DNA of 64,000 bases from Malacoraja senta (lineage: Eukaryota), in the NCBI GenBank assembly GCA_038087875.1, contig CM075997.1, forward strand, positions 4,218,001 to 4,282,000. Reading direction: 5' to 3'. The notes beneath the pieces were generated by a model that made no database searches, was not told where the DNA came from, and saw nothing but the letters and a program-made list of their open reading frames with translations. The number at the start of each line of letters is the position of its first letter. The stretch's first letter is position 1. Shown here piece by piece: positions 13,410 through 26,100 of this stretch. The position numbers were made by a program, and so were the translations under genes.

Positions 13410-13883
13410 GAGGAGGCGGCGACACTTTGGCATCCCTGTCCAACGCCAAAGTGCCGCCGCCTCCTCGCCACCGCCTCCGACAGGAAGGTGCGGGGCTGAG
13501 CGGTGCAGCTCAAATATCCTATACCTATAGGATCTTTGGTGTAGCTGTTTCAGACGGCGGAAGGAGACCTCCCTCCTCCCGGCCTCGGCATGCGAGAGGG
13601 GTTGGTTTGAAAGCGCCGTTAGCGGAGTTGCAAACAGCGACCGTTATCAGGGTGATAGGAGCCGCTGATGGCAAATCCGCAAAAGGCGCTTTCAAAACAA
13701 CCCCCTCTCGCACGCCAAGGCCGGGAGGGGGAGGGAGGCCTCCTTCCGCCGGGCGGGGTGCGGGAGGAGGAGGCGGTGGAGCCGCTGTTGCCGCTGTCGC
13801 GGCCGCTGTTTGGGGCCCGTCATTCGCTCCGACCCTTCGTCACCACGCACCTAGTATCTTTGACCCGCAATCAAAGATACTAG
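13410..13883. repeat. Cluster of inverted repeats in a GC-rich island
   Basis: 22-bp stem 13410-13466; 7-bp stem 13516-13533; imperfect palindrome with arms of about 95 bp at 13555-13751; perfect 13-bp stem 13851-13883. Confidence 0.9.
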
Positions 13884-14046
13884 AGGAATACAGCCGCCGA
13901 CCCGAAACGTCAGTTCCTATTCGCCGGAGACGCTGCCTGACCCGCGGAGTTACTCCAGTTTTTTGCGTCTACCGGTAAAACGAGTATTTGGGTGCCAAGC
14001 CGGGCAAAATGAGTCGGCGTTTAGGTTGCCCGGGTGCCACTTTCTG

Positions 14047-14246
14047 NNNNNNNNNNNNNNNNNNNNNNNNNNNNNNNNNNNNNNNNNNNNNNNNNNNNNN
14101 NNNNNNNNNNNNNNNNNNNNNNNNNNNNNNNNNNNNNNNNNNNNNNNNNNNNNNNNNNNNNNNNNNNNNNNNNNNNNNNNNNNNNNNNNNNNNNNNNNNN
14201 NNNNNNNNNNNNNNNNNNNNNNNNNNNNNNNNNNNNNNNNNNNNNN
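14047..14246. other. Assembly gap (200 N)
   Basis: Run of N. Confidence 1.
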
Positions 14247-17200
14247 CGCTGGTCGGCGCGGACTCGGGCCTGTTTCCGCGCTGTAATTTAAAATGAAACT
14301 GAACTAATTAATCCCGCTCGGCGGGACGGGCCCTGGGCCAGGTCTGTGAGTGGGATGTAGGGGCCGGGCTGTGGGAGGAGGTGGGATCCGATTCCATTCC
14401 ACTCGGTGTTTGTGTGTGTGGGGGGGGGGGGAGATGGGGTTTGGTAACTCCCGCCTAACACCCCGTTAATGGGTTGTTAAGAACCCGCACTCTAACGTCC
14501 ACTCCAACGGCACAGATGACACGGGGAAGCCCGCATCCCACCGCAACCTCAGTAGGAACTGCTTCGGTCAACAATTCACCTAATAATGTTTGATAAATGT
14601 GGTCATTACTTACTCTCAGTTGTGGGCCTTATCGTCCACGTGTCCGCGCCTTTGTGTTCGAGGACATCATGTGTGCTATTAATTATCATTTTTTTCTCCC
14701 TTACCTATGCCTGTTGGTTTGTTGTAATTTGCACATTCTTCTATCCCATGTTTTCCGATCCCAAATGTTGATAGATTAGTTAAAATTAGTGGACAAATGC
14801 AGGGAAGTGAGTTGGGGAATGGGATTACCTGGGTTGCTCTGATTGTTTGATCTCGTGGGCTGAATGGCTTCATCTATCGTAGGCAAAACTATGGAACTTC
14901 AATTTGTTTTTTTAAATGTTGCGTGTTTAAAGATGTGTGTTGGGCTTGGGAAGTATTCTTTGTGAATTATATACACAGCAGGCCCAGTGTGACTGGTAGT
15001 GCAATATTTAGTCTGGTAGAGTGCCCGATAGCTGCTTTTTCACATTGATCCAGCTTGTACATTGGACTTGCTCTCACCTAGGCACATGAAGTGCATTCTA
15101 TCACACTCCTGACTTGTTCCCGGTTGCTGATTTGGGTTAAGAGATAAAGCATGGAAACGGGCCCTTCGGCCCATCAAGTCCACACGACCATCGATCGCAC
15201 ATTCACGTATTATCCATGTTTTCATCCAGTACACACCAGAGGCAATTTACAGAGGCCAGTTAACCCACACACCCGCATGTCTTTGAGATGTGGGAGGAAA
15301 GTGGAGCACCCAAAGGAAACCCATGCGGTCAGAATCGAAGCAGTGTTTCTATGTATGTGGGCTGCCAGCTGTGTCACTATGGCGCCCTAGTGTCCTTGGG
15401 AGTCATAGTTAGTTGGAATATAATATGCCATCATTGATCCAGTTTTAATTCACAGAGTGAGCGCTCCTACTGTGTTGCAAAAATGTTTATCCAACTAGTT
15501 CAAAGTTGGTCAAGTACAAAACATAGTTTGCAGTTGCAAAGTTCACCAGGTTCAGTTAAATTGTGGGGTACCCTAACCGAAGTAATAGGCAAATGAAAAA
15601 GGGGGAGGGTTGGCCTGGTTTAAGATGTAGAGGCAGAACGGTGGCGCAGCGGTAGAGTTGCTGCCTTACAGCGAATGCAACGCAGGAGACCCGGGTTCGA
15701 TTCCGACTATGGGTGCTGTCTGTACGGAGTTTGTACGTTCTCCCTGTGACCTGCCTGGGTTTTCTCCGAGATCTTAGGTTTCCTCCCACACTCCAAAGAC
15801 GTACAGGTTTGTAGGTTAATTTGCTTGGTAAATGTTTATTTTTATATAATTCATAGTGTGTGTAGGATAGTGTAAATGTGCCGGGATCGCTGGTCTCTAA
15901 ACCGAGAGAGAAAGGTTCATAGTTTAAAAAGTCGAGTAAAATTGTCTTGGGTGGAGCTATAAATAGTGACGGTGGTTCTTGTCTGGAGACCTGCAAACAG
16001 TAGAGGTAACAGGTGTCAAAATATAAATCAGGAATTTATTGTGACCCAGTCTGAATCCTGGAGCTCCCTGCCAAACAGAACAGTTGGAGTAGTTTCAGCA
16101 GAATACTGTTTCAAGCAGGTAGGTCGTCACTACCTTGTCAAGGGCAGCAGGGATTTACAATGCACACTAATGTTGCCAGCAACATCCGGATCCTGAACAG
16201 TGAATAAATGGGAATGGTTACGGGGAACTTCAATTAGTCTGGCAAACCAAATTAGTGCAGTGGATGGATTTTCTCCACCATTGTTGAGAGAGACTCTTTT
16301 TATTTAATATTGTGCATTTTCATAGGATTAATTAAATTTGGTAAGAAGGGGACCTTGTAGAATGTAGCATTTTACATGAATTGAAAGCAGCCCAATACAT
16401 TGTGGTGTTTGAGCTGCCTGTGGTAGTTTGGAAAACTACATTTCAAGTTTAATGTGGTTCAGCAATCAGTGGTTTGAAGCATGAATTCAAAATTTTACAA
16501 GAAACATTTCCTTTTACAGCACACAACGGGGCAGCCATTGTATGAGGGTAATGACTAGATAAAAGAAAAGATACAATCTTGTCGGGAAAAGTGGAATGCC
16601 TGAAGATCATATTAAAGCAGTGCATTGGTAAAGGAAGGGGAAATAGGTTACCAGAGTTGTCTAGCAAGAAATAAACGCTCAAAGCTTCCATAGTTACGCT
16701 AAGAGGAAGAAAGCGCTTGGGCGATAAGGAGATAGGGGGATTTGTCATAGTTTGTTTACCTTCACGAATATGGTGCAGGGTGGATAATGGGGCTGAAAAC
16801 TGATAAGACCGGCATTCAAGTTTTGAGTCACCAATGTTGCCAGCAACATCCAACAATGGTGATAATGGGTACATTGGTTATCATTTCTCAAAGTACCATA
16901 GAGACTAGATCTAGGGGGGGTGGGGGGGGGGGAGATAGTGGAATCCGTTGAAAAAATGGTACGTTAACATAGATTTATTGAAAACCTGTATTTTTTTGGC
17001 ACAGTAATTAGCAGAATAGTCGAGTGGATCTGGTGCATTTGGACTTGAGGAACACTCTTTTTAAAATGCTGTGCTAAAGTCTGAAGAAAGGTCTCGTCCC
17101 GAAACGTCGCCCATTCCTTCTCTCCAGAAATGCTGCTGCACCCGCTGAGTTACTCCAGCATTTTGTATCTACACTCTTGCTAAAGTTCTGTGCATGAGGT

Positions 17201-18427
17201 TTTTGAACCTAATTTGAGCACAAGCTGTCGGCTGTGGAGTCCCAATGGACAAAGGTGGAATGTGCTTCATTTTCTGGTTGAAGTACGTACATCATCAGGA
17301 CAGATGCATTTAACTCATTGGTTGTGTATGATATATTTAACTCATTGGTTGTGTATGATTGCCTTCAAGGATTTTGAGTGTCGCATGGCCAGCAAGCCAG
17401 GTTTGCTGATCAAATGATACCTTGGCTTAAAAATAGGATCTCTGGGTCCATGAATGCTCAGTATTGTATCTTGGCAGCTGAAAATAGATAGCTAATTGCT
17501 GTTGGGAATTCCAAGGATTTGCAACCATCTTAAGTTGTAGTTGGGGAAGGACCTTCCTGATATCTAGGGACCTCCTGCCTTGAACTGTACTTCATTGTAT
17601 GCTAGAATAACTCATAAGGAATGTAAACTCTTACATTGGAATTGATTATTTCTGAGGAGAGGGGATGATATTGAAGGATTTCTACATAAGGTGGTTATGA
17701 TATGAATGCTATGATTCACAGATATGCCTCGTTTGCATCATATATCTGATCTTACAACCGGAACTGCTGATTTATATGATTTATTAATCAATTGCCTTCA
17801 TTTTCTGTTTCATTTAATCCTACACCATTTCTTCCCCTCAGACAGAGGTTGAATATACTCACGCGACATTGGAGTTTTGACACTGGTTTCTCGACATCTT
17901 GTGGAAATTAATTAATTTGCCTATTTTTACTGTTCAAACTACCATCTTTCTGTCTAGTAATTCAATCAGTAATTCTAGTAATTCAAATAATTTGAATCCC
18001 AATGCGGTTAACGATAATCCTATGGTTTTAATAATTGCCGTATTGTGTTTTTAAATTAAATTGTGAAGTCCACCCGAAAATGTGGCGCATATGCCTAGAT
18101 TCGAGGCACTGATGTCCCCTAAATCTCAAGACACCTCGCCAATCCCCCCCCCCCCCTCTCCGTATAAGAAATGCCCCCTGTGGCCAAGGATCTAGAACTC
18201 TGACCTGACTGGAGCCAATGGGTAAAAAGATGCTCAACTGGCAGCAAGCTGAGGCCACATGTTATGTGGATGCAAACAGATGAATGGGATGGGTCATCTC
18301 ATTGTGGGTAGATTATTAGAGAAGGCATTGTGAACGGCTTCTAGAGAAGATGCTTGTTTTCCACAGGCAGATTGGTGTAGTGGGGAGATGGCACAATTCA
18401 CTGCACTAACATAACTCTCGTTTGCAG

Positions 18428-18558
18428 CAACAGGATGGCAGCTATCTTGAAGATCCTCATAAACCGTCTCCATCCCCTGTGGTACATGTCAGAGGCCTGT
18501 CTGATGGAGTAATGGAGGCAGACCTTGTCGAGGCACTGCAGGAGTTTGGTGCCATCAG
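18428..18558 (+). CDS. hnrnpl: hnRNP L exon 2 (QQDGSYLEDPHKPSPSPVVHVRGLSDGVMEADLVEALQEFGAIS), RRM1 start
   Basis: tttgcag| acceptor (alternative in-frame start at 18434), |gtaag donor; matches the hnRNP L DPHK-SPVVH-RGL motif. Confidence 0.93.
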
Positions 18559-20297
18559 GTAAGCACAGGTTCAGAGTCGATGGAAGATTGCAAATTTTAT
18601 TTACTTTCCCCGTGGTGGATAATATTTCATGGGCTTATTTAAAATGTGAGTGATTTGCAAAGCCCAATCGAGGTTGTGGATCGAATCTGACACCCCTGCT
18701 AGAATTGCACAGTCCGTATCCTGACCTAGTTTCTGAGATCCTGGATCCCATCTGCTTCCTCCAGATTATAATTAGACCTGACATCCTGCGTAGTGACGCA
18801 AGTGCAATTAATTGCCTCGAGGCTGAGCCAGATTCATTTTCCAGGTAATATAGATTATAGAAGTATAGAATTCATGAAATTTAAAAAGCAGATTTCTGAC
18901 TTGGTAATATCAAATCCTAATTTATGTCAAAACGCATTTACAAATACAGCAGATTTGATTGCAGATACACCATCGAAACAATCCGTTTCCTTGGAGACGT
19001 GGGGGGGGGGGAATAATTAGTGGGTCAAAGGTGTATTGTTGAATTATTATTAAGTGACCTCTGGCAAAGTGGTAAATCCAGCACTGCTCTGGAATAAGGG
19101 TGTTGGATAATTGGTGGTGGGCCTGCAATTTGTTCATTGAATGTGGCAGACATTAAATGAATAGAAATGCAGTGCGTTAGAGTGAAGCGTTAAATGTCAA
19201 TAAAATAAAATAAAAAGTCATTTACTCATTTTGGAAGTCACTCAGACATCTAGGTGCAAGCTGTGTGATAAGCACCAAGCAGTATTTGATGTCCAACAAA
19301 GACAGCAAGACATAGATAGATACATAGACACATAGACAATAGGTACAGTAGTAGACCATTCGGCCCTTCGAGCTACCACCGCCATTCAATATGATCATGG
19401 CTGATCATCCACAATCAGTACCCCTTGATTCCGCCAGCCCTAAGAGCTCTATCTAACTCTCTGTCCATCGAGTCTACTCCACCATTCACTCACGCCTGAT
19501 CTATTTTTCCCCGTCTACCCTATTGTCCTGTGTTCTCCCTATAAACCTTTGACACTCTTCCTAATCATGAAACATTTACAGTCGTTTATATGCTGAACTT
19601 TTAACCTGTGGAACCATATGTGGTGCACATCACTGAAGTCATGGTGACACTGTGGTGGACTGATCGCTATTCTATGCACTTGTTTGTCAGCAGATGTATT
19701 GCTGCTTGAATTCCAGATATTTGGATTTGGCAATGGGTCCCATAATTGACCGTTGAGTTATGAAAACTAAGGTCTTCTGTTTCTTGCACTATGCCCATAC
19801 CTGTTTAGAAGGAGCAGCTGAGACCTTTTCTCAATCTGTCTGTAAAAGGGTCGCAGCCCAAAACACTGCCTGTCCAGTCCCTGCCCCAATACTGCCTGTT
19901 CCTCTAGCACTGTTGAATTATGATATCAGAATCTACCGTATGTCTCTTTAGTATTTTGTTTCATGATCAATTTGGATGAACGAGAAATTTATAATTTGAA
20001 CAATTTTGTTGCTGAGCTCCATGGCATGATTTAATTGAAGAAGTGGCTAGTTCTCCAATTAACATTGTTGTATTCTCTCATTTTGACTGTCACCCATAAG
20101 GCTAAATCATAGCATGCTTTTTTAAAGGAATCCATATTGCTTTTTCCTTGGTTTAAAGGCGAAACGCTTCAGCTTTTTAAAAAATATAGTTCTGGGAATC
20201 CCTTGCTTAAAATGGAGGCATTGCTTGATTACGTTCACACGTTGACACCAACTGACTGACGTTCACAACTGACGCCAGCTTTTCTTTGTGCTTGCAG

Positions 20298-20535
20298 CTA
20301 TGTGGTGATGATGCCAAAGAAGCGACAAGCATTGGTGGAATTTGAGGAGCTGAATGGTGCGTGTGCCTGTGTGAACTTTGCCGTTGAAAGTCAGATCTAC
20401 GTGGGTGCGCAGCCTGCTTTTGTTAACTATTCTACCAGCCAGAAAATCTCCAGGCCCGGTGATTCCGATGATTCCAGAAACGTAAACAACATACTGCTCT
20501 TCACAGTGATGAACCCCATCTACCCAATTACAACG
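20298..20535 (+). CDS. hnrnpl: hnRNP L exon 3 (YVVMMPKKRQALVEFE...NPIYPITT)
   Basis: 238 nt, cttgcag| and |gtggg, in frame with neighbouring exons. Confidence 0.96.
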
Positions 20536-21278
20536 GTGGGTTATCAAATGTTCTTATGGTATTGTGCAGCGTGTACAGTTATTAACCATGAAACAGGTGA
20601 TGAGGATTAAAATCAGTAGGACTTGAGAATTAAAATAATACATTTGTGTCGCAGTTCAGCGATCCGCATTACACTCTTTATGCTCAGTGGATAGTTAGTT
20701 TTCGCTTTAGAGTTTGAGACTGCTGTACCACTGTGCTGAGTTGTTTACTGCAAAGCTCCCCTAGTGTGCAGTTGGGTGATAAAATTTGCGATGGGGTTTG
20801 TAAGAATATGGAGGAATTAGAATGGGATTAATACAAGATTGTGTAAATGGGTGGTTGAGGTTAGTGGGAGGAAGTCTGCTCTCCTGCTGTGAGACAACCA
20901 GCGCGAGTCCCAGCTGGTGCAACTGCCACCTTTCCACTCCCAACAAATGTGTTTGTACCCAGTGCTGTCTGTGTGGAGCTTGTGTGTTCACCCAGTGCCC
21001 TCCAAATGCTTCACTTTCTTCCCTCATGCCAGCAGCAGTGGTGTGAATGGGTGCATTATCGTCAGTGCGGATTCAGTAGGCCGAAGAGTGTTTCTGCACT
21101 AAATCACTCTATAGCAGTTGAAAGAGGGATGCAACTTTTAAGTGTTTGTCTTTGTGGATCTTTAAAAGTTTTCTTTTGCATCTTTATATCTTTTATTCCG
21201 TGGGCTGGAAGAGAGGGCAATGTTGAGCAAGATGTGAAACTAAGCTCATTATACCAAACCATTGTTTTTATTTTACAG

Positions 21279-21364
21279 GATGTGTTATACACAATTTGCA
21301 ATCCTTGTGGACCTGTGCAAAGAATTGTCATATTCAGAAAGAATGGCGTGCAGGCAATGGTGGA
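21279..21364 (+). CDS. hnrnpl: hnRNP L exon 4 (DVLYTICNPCGPVQRIVIFRKNGVQAMVE)
   Basis: 86 nt, ttttacag| acceptor, U12 donor |ATATCCTTTT. Confidence 0.96.
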
Positions 21365-22583
21365 ATATCCTTTTTAGTACTGAATGTGTGGGGGCATTGG
21401 ACAAAGTTTCCCCTTTGTTAGTAATGGTTAGTAATAGTTAGGATATGGGCACACTCCCATGGCTTTTGTAAGTTAATCGGTCGGTCTATGTCTGGGATCT
21501 GCATTAGCTGCAGCAGTGAGACTCCAGTTGTTTTGGATTTAATACAAGCTGCAGCTTAAGCAACTGGCACCGGAGTGGGATAGAACATTCAATTCAATTA
21601 TGTTGGTGACTGAAGAATAAACTTGTTTAAGAAAGAACTGCAGATGCTGTTGAAGGTAGACAAAAATGCTGGAGAAACTCAGCGAGTTTATCCAGCATTT
21701 TTGTCTACCTTCGAAGAATCAACATGGGCGAGTTCTGGATTTTTAATATTTCCTGTGCATATCCCTCCAAACCCGTCCTATCCATGTACTTGTCTTAACT
21801 GTTCGACATTGGGATAGTCCCCGCCTCGACTACCTCCTTTGACAGCTTGATCCATACACCCATACCCTTTGTGTGAAAAAGTCCACTTGGCATCCGATTC
21901 CATATGTGTTGATGTTCCATTTCTCTAACGCCTCTTAGTCCCTTTGTTACACTGCTTGTTATCTTCTTAAAGCTCCACCTCACTCGTGCTGCATCAATCT
22001 GTTTCCCACGTTTGAAATAAGCTTTAATCTTCCTGACATTAGTCCCTTTGCCATTGGCTCAAACTACAAATTTGACCTGAAATGATATGACAATTTCCCT
22101 CCCCACCCCACTCCATACAGACAGCAGTCATAAACCACTGTCCCACGGTACGAGTTCATTCCAAGAGTTCTCCCGAGTTTGCCCTGATTCGAACTCGGAG
22201 ATTTACGGTAATGGCCACTCGTTGGTACTCGTGGCTCTTGTGGACATTTTTCATCATGTTGAAAGATCTTCACGTCTTCCCGTGCTTACCTGCCTTTTGC
22301 GAGTCTTCCCGAGTACCTGCCGTTAGCGCTAAGATACGTCCCCGAGCTCTGACGTACCCGCTACGTTCATTCCCCGTGCTTACCACGAGTTTGATTTTTT
22401 TTAAAACTCGGGAGAGCTCTTGGAATGAACTCGCACCGTGCGACAGGGCTAATAGTAGTGAGAATCAAACGCGCGTCTTTGGCTCTAAGGTAGCGCTGTA
22501 AGGCAGCAACTCTACTGCTACGTCTCTGTGCTGCCCCTTCAATGTGCCTTCCATCTGATTTTATTTATCTTAACTTGGGACAC
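21365..22583 (+). other. U12-type AT-AC intron 4 of hnRNP L
   Basis: ATATCCTT donor, branch-like ATCTTAAC at 22567-22574, AC acceptor at 22582-22583; splicing restores the frame. Confidence 0.93.
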
Positions 22584-22680
22584 ATTTGACTCTGTGCAGA
22601 GTGCTCAGAGAGCAAAAGCATCTCTCAATGGAGCAGACATTTATTCTGGATGTTGTACTTTGAAGATTGAGTATGCAAAA
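22584..22680 (+). CDS. hnrnpl: hnRNP L exon 5 (FDSVQSAQRAKASLNGADIYSGCCTLKIEYAK)
   Basis: 97 nt after AC acceptor, |gtaagt donor. Confidence 0.96.
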
Positions 22681-23059
22681 GTAAGTGGCATGTTAAAATC
22701 AACGTACTACCTGGTACTCTCACCAATGAAGAATGAGAACATTGTTGAACTGAGACGATGGGTTGAATTAATTTTATTCTAACAAATCTACGTTTCCACA
22801 ATTGTAGAATGTCTTGTTATGACTGCTAAATGATATTGAGGTTAGAATTAAGATAATATCTATATGTTGTAAACATGAAACTTGTAACATGGTGTCTGTC
22901 TCTTGGGATGATGAGGTGAAAGGGTTCAAAGTGGCTCAAAGCTTGGTTTGTATTGGATAATCACACTACGTTTTTTGGCTTGAACCATGGTTATTTACTG
23001 GAAAGCAGATGTTCCACATTAATTCATTGCACTAATATAGTTTGAATTCCACTCTATAG

Positions 23060-23132
23060 CCTACTCGTTTGAACGTCTTCAAAAATGATCAGGATACATG
23101 GGACTATACAAATCCTAATTTGGGAGGACAAG
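23060..23132 (+). CDS. hnrnpl: hnRNP L exon 6 (PTRLNVFKNDQDTWDYTNPNLGGQ-G)
   Basis: 73 nt, ctatag| and |gtaat. Confidence 0.96.
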
Positions 23133-26100
23133 GTAATATACACTTGGTACATATGCATTTAAATTTACATGCAATTCTTGAATTTTGAGACTCTTGTACA
23201 TTACCACTTGTTTTGCAAATTACATTCCATCTAACCCTACACCATATTTTACAGTTATAACTTTGGTGCTGTCAATTATGGCAATTCAGAAAAGCTTCCA
23301 GCAACATTGGAATACTGCACCTTGTAGGCTTCTAACAACTGCTCAATCTATCTTGTGGTGGGTTCTCGTTTGGTGAATTGCATTCTTTTCCAGTCATCGG
23401 ATGGCTGTGGAAGCTCCGAATAGCTTAACAGGCATGCACGTGGGCAAGACTGGGTCTATTGGTAACCAGCTTAACAACCTCTTAAGCTGCTGGCAAGCTT
23501 TGTGGTTAAACCATGCACAAAAACACCCCCATGATATTTTTGAACTAGATTTGAGCTTCAGGTTTTGCTTATAAATAACAGACCTTATTTAATTGGAAAT
23601 AGGTCAGAAGGCTTTTGCTTACCATGTAGTAAATGGGGTTCTTAAGTTGATATTACAACGATAAATGTGGAGCTTGTGTTTTATTTTAACAACTTTGGGG
23701 ACTGATCTATCTTGAGTTCTGTTTTGATCTGGTGATCTAAACACAGTTTATATTTGTTTCTCCACTTTGTCACTGCACGTGTAATTAATTGACTTCAGTT
23801 TGATTGTGTTGAGCTTAATCACATGTAACGCTTTTATCCCCAGCAGCTACCTGCATCGTGATTTATACCATGGTATATTTGTACCAGCTAACCGCTTTGC
23901 TTTTCATATTGTCAAGGCACAATGTCCGTACCGCCTTGCCAAAGTCAACTGTTGGGTCTGGGTTTAGTTGGCAAGATGTACAGGACCTTCCAGTACAACG
24001 AGTTTAGTAAGGCTACGGGATTCCTTACATTTGGATTTGAATGATTCTGAAGCTTTGGTGGATAATACAGAATTTTTATACATTTACAAAACCTCTGCTT
24101 TATACAGCTTTTTACCATTATCGCTGATGTTCCATTTTTTATAATGGAGGTGTTTTCACTGCTTATTCTACACAATTACAGATTAGGGAGATTTATTAGC
24201 CTTGGTTGAAGTTCTCTCTAGCTGCTGAATGGTTACAGGGTTATTGGAATTGGTTCATTCAAGGCATTGATGTCTAAAGGTGGAGCGTAGTATTTTGTGT
24301 TTGAATCCACAGCAGTTACTTCATATAAATTAATGCCTTTTACCCTTTAAGCACTCTTAAATAAACTATAATATTGCAGTTGAAGATTGAACGGTGGATT
24401 AAGGTTTACAGCCTTTATTGAACTTGTTTTTGTCAGTTTTAACTTCAAACAATCATCACAGTTTCTGAAAATACTTTCTTTGTGTATATATAAATGAAAT
24501 TGAACATTTCTCTGTTACATCTGTCAGGATTGAATCTTTTAATAATCAATGATTCTGAATTATTTTGACTAAGATTTGTGTATCAATGCAGTCCATAAGT
24601 GGATTAGAAGGTTTGATTTTCTGATGCTTCATAAAATGCCACTCTGTTGTTAACCACTAAAAGGAAATGTTGTGAAATCAGCGGTTTTGGAAGGCCAAAT
24701 CTTGCTTCCTTCCAGTTTGCAGTTTGGCTGTGAGGCTGGACCAAGCTTTGAATGGCCAAGGAATACAAAGTTTGCAGTCCTCTCCAGATCCCAACAATCC
24801 CATAAAATTGTTGGTAAACATCAAGATTCAAAGCTTATTTGTTTGCATTGCTTAAGTGCCTCAAACACTGCCCAGAACATTTCACTTTAATTGCAGAGAT
24901 ATTTCTAGCATGGAAGTGTACCAAATGGTACGGTGAAATAGAGCTCCTTTTAATATCTAGATTTTTATCTTTGCAAATGCACAAGATGTTTTTGATGGCG
25001 AGTGAAATTGTGAACTGAAATTTGTACGGGGAAAAAACCCTCTCAGCAAAGCCACGATCTATGTTCCATTCATAAATAAATTTTCAAATCTTTCCAAAGC
25101 ACATTGTATCCAAATGAGCCTCAAACACATGTAGTTATGCTGCCAAACAATAAATCAACAGTGCTGTTTCAATGGGTGACCACATCACCTGAATGATTGT
25201 TTCAAGAATATGAAGCAGATAGCAGACTGGTGTTTCAGAGTTATAAATATCTTATTAATGATCTACTGTGAGTTGGCACACATTGTTATTCATATTCATG
25301 TCTCCTGGGTGTTCTGTATAATCACTCTTGCAATTCACTTGGGTACACTGATATTTCTGGGGAATTCCAAAATAGGTAATCCAAACCTTAAAAATATCAG
25401 TAAGTGCATCAAATAAAATTGTGGTGGAATGTAGTTTTAAAAAAATGTATGTGCTGGGTGAGGTCTGCCGTGATAAATGTTTTCCTGCTTTCATTATTAC
25501 TGTGACTGAAATTTGTGTCAAAGCAGAATGTTGCTGGAAGTTTTCCATCTTTTGCACGCTCCACAAGGTTTGACTTTCCTGGCAATTGGCAGGTCTAGGT
25601 GTTCATGGACAGTAAGTAGTCTGCATCAACTGACATTCTATGGAGGCAAGGGAATATGTTGACCACATATTGACTGGAAAACTAATTACGGGTATTGCTA
25701 ATGGCTGGTATATGTCCTTCATAGGGCAATTACTTTTCTAGTTGGAATTTACAAACTTCCTGATGAATATCCATTAAAGCCATTTAAATCGACTGTCATT
25801 TTAACTTTTGCTGTTTATTTTATGAAAACTTTCAATTCAATATTTGGGTATCCTAACCACTCTACACATGGGAGCAGGCAGCTAATTTACCTCTGCTAGT
25901 CTGATGCTTGCTAATTTGAGATTTGACCTTATTTTTGTGTGCAAAGCTAATCAATATCAGTTCAGGCCTGAATATAGAGTTACACCACCTCCATACGAAT
26001 ACATGGCCTTAATCTCTGGGCGGTGATGTTTTAGGGGCTTCTGAAATTGGGCTGTTAATTTTCTTTAGTTCACATTCTGATAGTCAGCCTCTTAACCAAG

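Noticed and set aside
13555..13751. Palindrome as the symmetry axis of the gene duplication
   Set aside because: The arms are far more similar than the paralog introns, symmetry does not extend outward, and the head-to-head layout may be an assembly artefact.
13331..13978. 215-aa Gly/Arg-rich ORF as hnRNP L exon 1
   Set aside because: Non-ATG start, no hnRNP L motif, spans palindromes and ends in a Penelope terminal fragment.
17308..17359. 25-nt direct tandem duplication
   Set aside because: Ordinary slippage duplication with no sign of function.
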